A DNA stretch of 41,967 bases. Origin: a virus (lineage: Duplodnaviria > Caudoviricetes). Of the stretch, positions 25,918 through 34,515 are shown one piece after another. Below the pieces are notes generated by a model, which made no database searches, was not told the DNA's origin, and saw nothing but the letters and a program-made list of their open reading frames with translations. A program made the position numbers and the translations under genes. How positions within the stretch are numbered: position 1 is the first letter of the stretch; the number at the start of each line of letters is the position of its first letter. The stretch spans positions 1-41,967 of IMG/VR virus record IMGVR_UViG_3300032295_002786; one strand, 5' to 3'.

Positions 25918-26863
25918 ACCACTGCCAGGCATGTGCGATGATGTCATCAAGACTGTACTGACGCCATGTCACCAGTTTGTCAAATTTTTCAGCACTGGCT
26001 GTGAGCATGGCTGGATCGCCTTGACGCCTGACACCGGCTTGAACTTTGAGTTTGCGTCCAGTCACACGTTCTGCGGTTAGAATGATTTCAGCATTGCTGA
26101 TACCAGTGTGTGATCCTAGATTGTAAACACCTGCAGGCACTGTGTCACGATCCAGAGCCATGACATGTGCCTGTGCAATGTCGTCTACATGAACATAGTC
26201 ACGCACACAGGTACCGTCCGGTGTATCATAGTCATTGCCGTTGAGCACGAACTCACGATCATCGCGCAGGCTTTCTAGCACACGAGCAATGATGTGTGTG
26301 GCTCCGGATTCTTGACCATGTCTGCCTTGCGGATCTGCGCCACAGGCATTGAAGTATCTAAATGCCACATAGTCAATGTTGTATGCTTGACGGTAACTGG
26401 CCAACATGAGTTCAATCATGCGTTTGCTTTCACCATAGGGCGAAATTGGTTCACATGGATCAACCTCGTGGCAGGGATTCATGATGGGTTCACCATAAAC
26501 TGCTGCTGAGCTAGAAAAAATCACCCTACAGTGTGGCATTGCTTGGCGAACAATACCCAGCAGTTTTTTGGTCTTGACAAAGTTGTTTTCGTAATACTCT
26601 TCAGGGTTGGCCATACTGGGACCAACCAAGCTTGTACCAGCACAGTGTATGATGGCCTGGGGTTGAAACTTTACCAAGGCTATGAAACTGCGATCTGTGG
26701 CAAAATCGCACTGTTCAAAATGATATTTGCCGTTGGCAACGTCCACACGATTGTTGTGAGGCTGCCTGTGATCAATGCCCAGCACCGTGTGTCCGGCTTC
26801 CAGCAGCCGAATCACAATCTGCCCGCCAATGTAACCGGCTGCACCTGTAACAACTACATTCAT
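25910..26863 (-). CDS. galE: UDP-glucose 4-epimerase
   Basis: TGAAGYIG, FSSSAAVYG, PYGESK, RYFNACGA, TPDGTCVRDYVHV, RRQGDP. Confidence 0.95.
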   Translation of the reverse strand: MNVVVTGAAGYIGGQIVIRLLEAGHTVLGIDHRQPHNNRVDVANGKYHFEQCDFATDRSFIALVKFQPQAIIHCAGTSLVGPSMANPEEYYENNFVKTKKLLGIVRQAMPHCRVIFSSSAAVYGEPIMNPCHEVDPCEPISPYGESKRMIELMLASYRQAYNIDYVAFRYFNACGADPQGRHGQESGATHIIARVLESLRDDREFVLNGNDYDTPDGTCVRDYVHVDDIAQAHVMALDRDTVPAGVYNLGSHTGISNAEIILTAERVTGRKLKVQAGVRRQGDPAMLTASAEKFDKLVTWRQYSLDDIIAHAWQWYV

Positions 26864-28062
26864 GATTGTACCTTTACCACCTGATACTTCTCGTGAGCAA
26901 CATGATCACGATATCTATTACCCGCGCGATTCCATTGCTCTCCCTGCCCCAGTATAATATCAACGACACGATCAACAGTAGCATTATTCCAGTCACTTAT
27001 CAACCCCATGTTATGATGTGGTGCCTGCAAGAGATTCAACATTTTGTGATAGGCATCGTCGATGCTCCAAGGCACATACAGGCGATTGGGATCGTTTGCA
27101 AATGTTTCTGGGAACGAACGATAGGCCGGATACAACACATTGCTGCCCAGGGTGTCGGCTTCACTCACAGTGTTAGACACCCAGTCTTGCAAGGCACAGT
27201 TAAACAACACACGAGTATTGTTGAGATGCTGGTAATACTCGTTCTTGGTAATGTTATCAAAAATCTTGAGTTCGCCACGTGCTTCAAGATCTCTAGCACG
27301 ACGAATGTATTCAGGATTGTTGCTGCGAAGTTCACCACCCGAGTACACACAGAACTCAATAGGCAGATCCGTGAGCTCACGAGTCATCTCAATTAGATCC
27401 ATGAAGAAGCCTGGCTGCTTTTCTTGATCAAATCTTGCAGCAAAGCCCACACGCAAGGGACGATCAGCAAAGGGTCGGATGTTCTCTGCACCGCCAATGC
27501 GCTCCAGCACTTCTGTCTTGCCAAATGCCAGGCCACTGATGTTGTAGATAGGAGCAGTCCAACCTGCGATTCTCATGTGCGCAACCATTTCTTCGTTTGT
27601 GGCCAATACCCCAGTCACAAAGTGGTTCACCATCTTTTCATAAGTTGACATCCACGACGCCATGCCCCAGACATGTACAAAGTCGTCAGGATCAATTGCC
27701 TGTGCAAGACAACGAACAAAAATGCGGGGACGCTGGCTAGCAGGTACCTGATCCAGAATATAGGGCAGGCTTTCGATGCCGGGTTGAAACATGTCTTCAA
27801 AGTACACCACATCGTCATGTCTAACTTCTCCTTGTTGCATCAGTCGTACTAGGTTCATCATTTGGCTCATGGCAAAATAGCTGCGACCATGAGCATCCAA
27901 GACCTGACCCACTGAAATCTTTTGACTGTTGTCTAGATTCAAACCAGGAACATAAACCACGTCAAGTTTACGCCGATCAAACACACGACGATTCCATTCT
28001 GTGAGTTGAAGAGTATAACGGGCTTCGTAGCTTTCGAGCCCCATGTAATAGAGTTTTCGCAT
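26860..28062 (-). CDS. GT-B glycosyltransferase (family 4-like)
   Basis: FAARFDQEKQP, QDWVSNTVSEA..LYP..SFPE in the C-terminal nucleotide-sugar-binding domain. Confidence 0.75.
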   Translation of the reverse strand: MRKLYYMGLESYEARYTLQLTEWNRRVFDRRKLDVVYVPGLNLDNSQKISVGQVLDAHGRSYFAMSQMMNLVRLMQQGEVRHDDVVYFEDMFQPGIESLPYILDQVPASQRPRIFVRCLAQAIDPDDFVHVWGMASWMSTYEKMVNHFVTGVLATNEEMVAHMRIAGWTAPIYNISGLAFGKTEVLERIGGAENIRPFADRPLRVGFAARFDQEKQPGFFMDLIEMTRELTDLPIEFCVYSGGELRSNNPEYIRRARDLEARGELKIFDNITKNEYYQHLNNTRVLFNCALQDWVSNTVSEADTLGSNVLYPAYRSFPETFANDPNRLYVPWSIDDAYHKMLNLLQAPHHNMGLISDWNNATVDRVVDIILGQGEQWNRAGNRYRDHVAHEKYQVVKVQS

Positions 28063-28064
28063 TG

Positions 28065-28802
28065 TTATGAAAAGTAGTTTAAAATGTGTTCGGCCATTTT
28101 GTCATGAGCAGTCAAGCTGGGCCACAACCCAGGTCGATCAAACAGACTAGTAAAAGCACCACTGTTAATGAACTGCGCTCTTTTCCAAGGGTCTGTCAAC
28201 AGCAACAGTTGTTCTACCATGTCATTTCTGCCCAATCTCTGCAATGATAATTCAAGATCACGAAAAGAATCTCGCACACTGCCCAACATCACAGCAGTGG
28301 GCACATGATCTGGAACCATCATTTGTATCCAACTGGTGCAGATATTAGCAAGATTATTATAACGCGATAAAGCTGCTTGGTCAATGTCAGTTGCCCCACC
28401 TGCCACATATATTGTGATACCAGCAGCAGCGGCAAGTTTGTCAAGTTTTGCATACCAGCTGTCAACAATTCTTGAAAACAGATCTTCAAGATTGGCACTG
28501 GTTGTAATCACCTCGTCATGTCTGAAATCAAATGCATGAGCCTGCCAGGTATTGGCAGTGTTGCCTTGAAACACAATCACCGTGCCCGCTAACTCTAGTT
28601 CTGATGCCAACATTAGTTCGGACCAAATACCATTTCTCAAATTTTCAGTGTGTGAATCCGGGTGATGTACAGTCACATCATATTTGGCAGACAACAAGCG
28701 ACTCATACCAGGTTGATCAGGCACCACGGTGCCGTCGTGTCTACGCCAGGTGCCATATATCCAGCTGTCGCCAATTAGAGTTAATTTAGGTTTGGTTTCC
28801 AT
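28065..28802 (-). CDS. Divergent SGNH-like protein
   Basis: LIGDSW block I, VIVFQG, C-terminal WPS..AH..MA. Confidence 0.5.
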   Translation of the reverse strand: METKPKLTLIGDSWIYGTWRRHDGTVVPDQPGMSRLLSAKYDVTVHHPDSHTENLRNGIWSELMLASELELAGTVIVFQGNTANTWQAHAFDFRHDEVITTSANLEDLFSRIVDSWYAKLDKLAAAAGITIYVAGGATDIDQAALSRYNNLANICTSWIQMMVPDHVPTAVMLGSVRDSFRDLELSLQRLGRNDMVEQLLLLTDPWKRAQFINSGAFTSLFDRPGLWPSLTAHDKMAEHILNYFS

Positions 28803-28810
28803 GATATCAA

Positions 28811-29035
28811 TCAATTACGGTGCCCGCTTAACCTGCGTGAATCTTCACGCCACATGTTTTTGGCAGGCTTGCCTTGTTGATATTTACTGTATTGTTGCCA
28901 CGCATAACTCTTGAAATTGTATAGATCAGATTCATTGTAACGATATCCGTATTCTACACAAAAATCCAAAAATTTTTCTAGATCACGAAAAACTTCGGCC
29001 ACACGTGGATTGGGTTTGATTACAGGCTTGCCCAT
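28811..29035 (-). CDS. Hypothetical phage protein
   Basis: FRDLEKFLDFC..YGY.YNE.DLY; GAGG RBS. Confidence 0.7.
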   Translation of the reverse strand: MGKPVIKPNPRVAEVFRDLEKFLDFCVEYGYRYNESDLYNFKSYAWQQYSKYQQGKPAKNMWREDSRRLSGHRN

Positions 29036-29064
29036 GGCAGTTTCCTCTTGTTAAAAAATAAAGT

Positions 29065-29814
29065 TTATATAAAATCGTTGGTTTTTTCAAGCCACCGGTT
29101 GACCAAATCGCCAATGGCCTGTGCGAACAATTCGTTGCCTCTAATGTTGGGATGTACATTGCTCCACAATCTACGACGTTCTAATTTACTCCATAACGTA
29201 AAGGCCTGATCAATGCAGAAAATCACATCTTTGCTGACAGGCACTTCCAGATCAAGAGTGTACTCAGGACCTTGTCGGCCTTCAATACGGTTGTGTAACC
29301 AGCGATGTGCTACCTCAGCTGCCCAACCAAAAAATCTTGGAGTTGAGATTCTGCCTTGTTCTAACAGAAAATTTTGCCAACTAGCATGAATCACTGTGAT
29401 ATGATCTGGCCATGCATAGTCAACGATGTCTGTGTGAGCACCAATCAAGGCCACGGGAATATTTAGGTCACAAAGATGCTGATAAAATTTTATTTCAACC
29501 GCTTTGATAACTGCCACAGGATCGCTCTGGCACATGAAATATCTTGCAAAATCCTCAATGGGTGTGTCTAGCAAAATTTCTGAATCTTGCAGTGAATTAG
29601 AAGTAATAAACACAGCTCTCGCTGGTCCCTGATGCTCTTGGAGAAACTGTTTGGCCATGCTGAGTTGATTCATGTTGGAATCGCCACATCTAGACAGATC
29701 AACATAGTTTTGTAATTTTAGTTCTTTGGCAAGATTGGTCTTGACAGCGTCATTGCCGAGCGGAGTTTCAAAGCTCTGCACCGCCCAACTTGGCCCAAGA
29801 TACAGAGTGTGCAT
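29065..29814 (-). CDS. SGNH-like protein
   Basis: LYLGPSWA, GDSN, VHPNIRGNELFA. Confidence 0.55.
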   Translation of the reverse strand: MHTLYLGPSWAVQSFETPLGNDAVKTNLAKELKLQNYVDLSRCGDSNMNQLSMAKQFLQEHQGPARAVFITSNSLQDSEILLDTPIEDFARYFMCQSDPVAVIKAVEIKFYQHLCDLNIPVALIGAHTDIVDYAWPDHITVIHASWQNFLLEQGRISTPRFFGWAAEVAHRWLHNRIEGRQGPEYTLDLEVPVSKDVIFCIDQAFTLWSKLERRRLWSNVHPNIRGNELFAQAIGDLVNRWLEKTNDFI

Positions 29815-30275
29815 TAAATTTTCACTGTGAGGTTGACACGTTGTACAGGGTATTCAATCACACATCCGTTCTCACCATCTTCGCTGACTTCAATCACAAT
29901 GGTTCGATCAGGATAGCGTTGTGCTATGGCATTGTAAAGATCATCTGCAATCATCTCGCATGATTTGTAGTCCAACTGCAGACAATCTTGTTCCCTTGAA
30001 TACAGTGCTTCCAGCCATCGCTTGAATTGGATGAACTCGATATCACGGTCATTGTGCCATACGTCGATTGACACCCGGAAGTGAAAGATATGGCGATGAG
30101 GATAGCCAAGAAACGATACATCATATTGATCTCCCGTTGCCAGTTGTGGATCGTTGAGTGCTGCAGGATATTTATGGATGCCTTCACGACGGAAGGTGAC
30201 CCAGATTCTTCTTGTGGCAGCATCCAATCTGCGCTGTTGTGTTTCGGCCAAGGCCTGTTGATGTTGATCTATCAT
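29814..30275 (-). CDS. QueD paralog (T-fold), DpdL-like
   Basis: EGIH, FLGYPHRHIFHF (LxxxHRHxF in place of CxxxHGH), DRDIEF, SCE, VSEDGENG. Confidence 0.7.
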   Translation of the reverse strand: MIDQHQQALAETQQRRLDAATRRIWVTFRREGIHKYPAALNDPQLATGDQYDVSFLGYPHRHIFHFRVSIDVWHNDRDIEFIQFKRWLEALYSREQDCLQLDYKSCEMIADDLYNAIAQRYPDRTIVIEVSEDGENGCVIEYPVQRVNLTVKI

Positions 30276-30793
30276 AGTGTTTGGTCCTTGCTGTATTGGT
30301 TCCAGTGAGTAAATGCACTGGGTCTAGTGAGATTGTGTATTCGGTGACACCAAACTCCAGGATTGGTTGCTGCAAAATCTTTGTCATCAAGCTTTATTGT
30401 AGCATTATATCCCAGTTGTTGTACATAGGGCAGTTTGACCGAAATCATGGGAATAAACATGATGTACTCGGTGAGTACAGTTTCCAAAAGATCTTCTACC
30501 ACAGCAACATCAATGTCAAGAGTACACCACACGCCCTGTTCCAAAAATGGCCGTATCATGTCCTCCCATTGATCCCAATCCTTGCTGTCAGCACGACCGT
30601 TTGGAAAACTGTGATTGGCACCGAAGTAGATGTGATGCACAGCACCGTTGGCTTTGGCATCTTCCATGGCCTTGACAATGTCATTGTGATTCTGTAGTCC
30701 TACCACGAACAGAGTCCTCAGTCCATGTGCGGGGGTGTGTTCAATTTCCTCACCAACAAAAAATTTGGTATCTTCGTGTCCTTGTCTGTTCAC
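30272..30793 (-). CDS. Hypothetical protein coupled to the DpdA-like gene
   Basis: G.E.E.TP..G..TLFV, HIYFGANHSF, KLDD.DF..TNPGVW; 4-nt overlaps with both neighbours. Confidence 0.75.
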   Translation of the reverse strand: MNRQGHEDTKFFVGEEIEHTPAHGLRTLFVVGLQNHNDIVKAMEDAKANGAVHHIYFGANHSFPNGRADSKDWDQWEDMIRPFLEQGVWCTLDIDVAVVEDLLETVLTEYIMFIPMISVKLPYVQQLGYNATIKLDDKDFAATNPGVWCHRIHNLTRPSAFTHWNQYSKDQTL

Positions 30794-32334
30794 AGTGTGG
30801 CCTCCAATTCGTCAAGTTTATCAATGTCTAAGTCGTCGCTGTTGTCATCAACAGGCGTGTCTTCAGTGTCAAACAAGGATGTGAACATGGGTTTTGCACT
30901 GAACATGCGTTTGCCAGTGTTGCCTCGAGTGCCAATGATTAGATCACAGGTGCTGCGATAGTATTCTACTGCGGCAAGACTGCGCTCGCGATCTTGATGA
31001 TGAAAAATTTCTTCCACAATGTTGCGGAAGTCGTAGTCGCTGCTGTTTTGTCCTGCCAACATTTCAGGTTTGCTGCCTTGATCATACAGTTCATTGGCTG
31101 TTTGTACCGCATTGATATGATGCCACACATTGTGGCCCATCATGAGTGCATAGCTGAAACTGTCCCAAGAGGTCTTGCCTTCCTTGCCCAGCTTGTTGAG
31201 ATCACCTGGACCATACACACAGACGTCGCTGATCTTGAGTCGCTGTGATATGGGCGAATCATCAAATACCGAATGAATACCATCCTGCAACACAGCATCA
31301 CGGAACGAACGCTGATCTGTGGCATAGCGTTTGTTGTCTGCTGTGGGTGCCATTCTATAGGTCCACTTGCCACGATTGGGGAATATGCTTTGATAGTACA
31401 ACTGACCATTGGCAGTGGCCAGGAATGGTGATGCACAGTCAAACGATATTGTGAAGTTGGGATTGTGATAGCGGCGCACTGCACGTTGGATGTCAGTGAG
31501 CAAGCAAGCCCATTCCAGTTTGGATGTACCCAGGAAGTGCATCCAATCATGTACGCCAGGCTGCAACAAACCATCGTGTATCAGGGTCACAATACGCTTG
31601 AGCACAAGATGCACGTCACACATGTTCTGACCACCCATGCCCCAGCCGTCAAAGTGTCTGCCAGGGTAACGTGCAGGATCGCTGTAGTGTTTCATGGTTT
31701 CGTACCATGAATCAGCTTCGCCGTGATCTGCACCCTGCAACACGTTGAGATATCTAGCACCGCCTTCGGCCACACCGCGTCGGTTGGCAATGAAATAGTC
31801 GTTGTTGTAGATGGTGGCGTCAACCGCGTCTTGATAGTTGTAGATGCCGGTCTTGGCACTTGAGCCAGGCCATTTGCTGGTCCATGTGGGAATATCCAGT
31901 GTGAGTCCATATGTGGCCATGCCATCCTGCCACTTCAACACAGCCTCACGTTTTTTCTGTGCCTTGGCGCAACCTGAGTTGGCCTTCCAGTCACCTTCCC
32001 ATACACCCTTGGCAATCTGGAATCCACCTGAGTCGCACAGCAGTGTGCTGCCGGGATCGCGACTGCGCAGCATGTCCTCTTTGGGATTGTGTTTGGTAAG
32101 ATCTAGATCGGCATGTCCAGCTGAGTAAAGGCTCCAACGATAAGGGAATAGTGCCTTGCCAGGATTGAGAAAATTCATCTGTTCCATGTCAGGCATGGCT
32201 TGGGGCATGCGAGCAGGATCAACATAATTTTCAAATCTTTGCCGGCCGATATAGGTACTGTAGAAACTGCTGACAGCCGGAAGAAAAATTGCATAATCTT
32301 GCTGTCTAGCAGTTAGGTCATGTTGATCAGTCAT
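30790..32334 (-). CDS. dpdA: TGT-fold 7-deazaguanine transglycosylase, DpdA-like
   Basis: LCDSGGFQ, LDIP, NVLQG, GWGMGG, HFLG, SFDCAS; no CxCxxC zinc site seen; clustered with folE/queD/queE. Confidence 0.75.
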   Translation of the reverse strand: MTDQHDLTARQQDYAIFLPAVSSFYSTYIGRQRFENYVDPARMPQAMPDMEQMNFLNPGKALFPYRWSLYSAGHADLDLTKHNPKEDMLRSRDPGSTLLCDSGGFQIAKGVWEGDWKANSGCAKAQKKREAVLKWQDGMATYGLTLDIPTWTSKWPGSSAKTGIYNYQDAVDATIYNNDYFIANRRGVAEGGARYLNVLQGADHGEADSWYETMKHYSDPARYPGRHFDGWGMGGQNMCDVHLVLKRIVTLIHDGLLQPGVHDWMHFLGTSKLEWACLLTDIQRAVRRYHNPNFTISFDCASPFLATANGQLYYQSIFPNRGKWTYRMAPTADNKRYATDQRSFRDAVLQDGIHSVFDDSPISQRLKISDVCVYGPGDLNKLGKEGKTSWDSFSYALMMGHNVWHHINAVQTANELYDQGSKPEMLAGQNSSDYDFRNIVEEIFHHQDRERSLAAVEYYRSTCDLIIGTRGNTGKRMFSAKPMFTSLFDTEDTPVDDNSDDLDIDKLDELEATL

Positions 32335-32905
32335 TGCGTAAAAATCCTGTGATGTTGCAAGTCCATTTTGTTTCACATCCAATATTGCCACTGAGGTGCC
32401 AAGTGTCAGGCTGCCACACAATGCAGTCTCCACGCTGCCAGTGATGTATCACACTGTCTCCGGCCTGCAAAAAGTGTCCGGTTTTCCAATCTTCCAGAAA
32501 CAGTAGAAATCTCCAGACGGGTCTAGTGTCATCTGGATGTAGTTTACGCAGCATGTAAAAACGATCTTGGTGCCAGGGCAACACTTGGCCGCAACGTTGT
32601 CGAGTCACTGTGGCCACAGCATGGTCCAAAGGCAATTGCTGTATTATATCTTGTTCCCAGGCAAATGTCAACTTGGGCTCACGATTTGTGGTTTTCCAAA
32701 TGCGAGTATTGTGTACAGTATAACCAAATTGTGCATGAGCCCGCTGTTCTTTGCCTAGAGCATCGTTGTAGCTCATGTCATCTAGGAGACTGTATTCATG
32801 CTCCTGGTCATAAAGATATTCCACAAGATCTTGATTCACCTGTTTCCAATCAAGATCAATGCGACTGTACAAAATATAGTCGCTGTCAAAAGTCAGTGAT
32901 TTCAT
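32327..32905 (-). CDS. Cupin/2OG-Fe(II) dioxygenase-like protein
   Basis: LPWHQD (HxD), WHLSGNIG..KWT..ITG. Confidence 0.7.
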   Translation of the reverse strand: MKSLTFDSDYILYSRIDLDWKQVNQDLVEYLYDQEHEYSLLDDMSYNDALGKEQRAHAQFGYTVHNTRIWKTTNREPKLTFAWEQDIIQQLPLDHAVATVTRQRCGQVLPWHQDRFYMLRKLHPDDTRPVWRFLLFLEDWKTGHFLQAGDSVIHHWQRGDCIVWQPDTWHLSGNIGCETKWTCNITGFLRND

Positions 32906-33746
32906 CAGTAATACATATTCTGTTGTAGCCGTTTCTGTTGTATTCACGATGCAGATCTGCATCACCCTGTGCCAGTGTAAAAGTGTTGGTTGGTTCAATA
33001 CCTAGCGTGTTGCATACTTCAACCTGGCGATAAAGATATTTAGACAGCAGCCAGTCTATGGAAAATTCTTTCATGAGCCGCATGCCCACACTCACAGCCA
33101 CACGATTGTAAATTTTCAAGTCGCTGTTGACTTGCAGCATGTCATCAACATGTGTGCGAGTCAGTCTCAAGCCCAGGCGCAGTTGAGTTGCTAGAGGCTT
33201 GCTGAGACTGAAGGCCACTTCTTTCACACACTGTCGTGATAAATCCAGTGTAACGCTGTGACTGATGGGCCAATAACTGAGATCCAAGAATACCGGCACA
33301 TCCATGCTGTCGCAGCAATCAAGCATGGCTTCAAAGTCTGTGTGCATGTTGCCTGAACCGGAAAATGGCGCACTGATCATGACAGCATCGTTGTGTTCGA
33401 TGGGCCCGTGTTCTAGAAAACTCCATTCAAATTCAGCTGACTGACTGGCAATTTTTGCTGCGACAAATTCAGCCTGACTGAATCTCAGTCTTCGTTTGGC
33501 ACCGTGTCGATGCACAAAGCTGATGATGGCATCAACACTGCCGGCCGAATAAGCACGATGGGGGAACTGATCTAGACCTTGCAGTTTGTTCAAGGGATGA
33601 TCTCGCATCCAGGAGATCACAGCATCGGTATAGTTTTCAGTTTTCCACGAGTTGTCAGCAACATCAGATTCTGTTGTGTTGGCAAGAAGTTCAAACATTC
33701 TTTTGCGAACAGCAGAATCTTCTAGTGGTTTGTGACCGGGTGTCAT
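32886..33746 (-). CDS. Compact fold-type I PLP-dependent enzyme
   Basis: ISAPF..G, VFLDLSY, FSLSKP..RLG (Schiff-base Lys), C-terminal NRICI. Confidence 0.7.
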   Translation of the reverse strand: MTPGHKPLEDSAVRKRMFELLANTTESDVADNSWKTENYTDAVISWMRDHPLNKLQGLDQFPHRAYSAGSVDAIISFVHRHGAKRRLRFSQAEFVAAKIASQSAEFEWSFLEHGPIEHNDAVMISAPFSGSGNMHTDFEAMLDCCDSMDVPVFLDLSYWPISHSVTLDLSRQCVKEVAFSLSKPLATQLRLGLRLTRTHVDDMLQVNSDLKIYNRVAVSVGMRLMKEFSIDWLLSKYLYRQVEVCNTLGIEPTNTFTLAQGDADLHREYNRNGYNRICITDEITDF

Positions 33747-34468
33747 TATTTGGTTTGTGCTGGCAAGATATAGTTGTAAACAGCCAAGCCAGAATCCACA
33801 GTGATCTGCGTGGCACCGCCATCACTGATTCTCACAGTCTTGTCTCCAGTGAGATCCATGATAGCAGCAAACTTCTTGGCAGGCCATGACCAAGCACGTT
33901 TGAGCTCGCCTGACACTCCGGGATGAAACACAAAGTTGCCAGCATGAGTGCTGTGATCACCAAAGAAAAACTTTAGGTCTCCATTCTCAGTACGGGCTTG
34001 GTAGTTGGGCTCCTCACTGTTGGCAGCCATCTGCCATTTCAGTCGCTGAATAGCAGCATTGGTGGGCTGAAATTCAACGTCCCAGGTCACACCGCGGAAC
34101 TTGGCATACTTCACTTTTTCATTGACCACACCTTCGCTCATGAATCTGTAGTTGTTGCGGAAGTCGCCTGCTGCATTTTCAAACGCAATGCCATCGGGTT
34201 CTCCTGTGCTGCGTTGTGTCAAGGATATCTTGGCCCCTTCGCCATATTCCTGCAATGACAACAGTGTTTTGAGCTTGGCCAGATTAGGCATGCCAAATGT
34301 ACCAATGAACTCCGGTAGCGGATTCTTGAATTCGGCTTCTACAACCACGCTTTGGTCTTCAGGCAAACCTTTGATTTGCGTGGATTTGTCGTCGCCAATG
34401 ATCTTGATGATGTCAATGAAACCAAGATCATAAGTGTGTTCAACTAAGTCTTTTAGATAGTCTTTCAT
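33746..34468 (-). CDS. Probable DNA polymerase sliding clamp (gp45-like)
   Basis: 240 aa with two-domain beta/alpha pattern, FG..NL..L..LL, C-terminal YNYILPA; near the polymerase; weak similarity only. Confidence 0.55.
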   Translation of the reverse strand: MKDYLKDLVEHTYDLGFIDIIKIIGDDKSTQIKGLPEDQSVVVEAEFKNPLPEFIGTFGMPNLAKLKTLLSLQEYGEGAKISLTQRSTGEPDGIAFENAAGDFRNNYRFMSEGVVNEKVKYAKFRGVTWDVEFQPTNAAIQRLKWQMAANSEEPNYQARTENGDLKFFFGDHSTHAGNFVFHPGVSGELKRAWSWPAKKFAAIMDLTGDKTVRISDGGATQITVDSGLAVYNYILPAQTK

Positions 34469-34486
34469 AAAATTCTCCTTGTGTGT

Positions 34487-34515
34487 ATTATATAGACCGC
34501 AACGTCAAATTACAA
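34487..34515 (-). promoter_or_regulatory. sigma70-type promoter
   Basis: TTGTAA-17 bp-TATAAT followed by AAGGAG RBS. Confidence 0.6.

Noticed and set aside
15753-28062. Bacterial chromosomal O-antigen or capsule locus
   Set aside because: No flippase, polymerase or export genes; sugar genes are interleaved with phage-type replication and hypothetical genes.
16981-32334. Complete queuosine tRNA-modification pathway
   Set aside because: queC, queF, queA and queG/H are absent from the window and the TGT lacks the zinc site; DNA modification fits better, though tRNA activity is not excluded.
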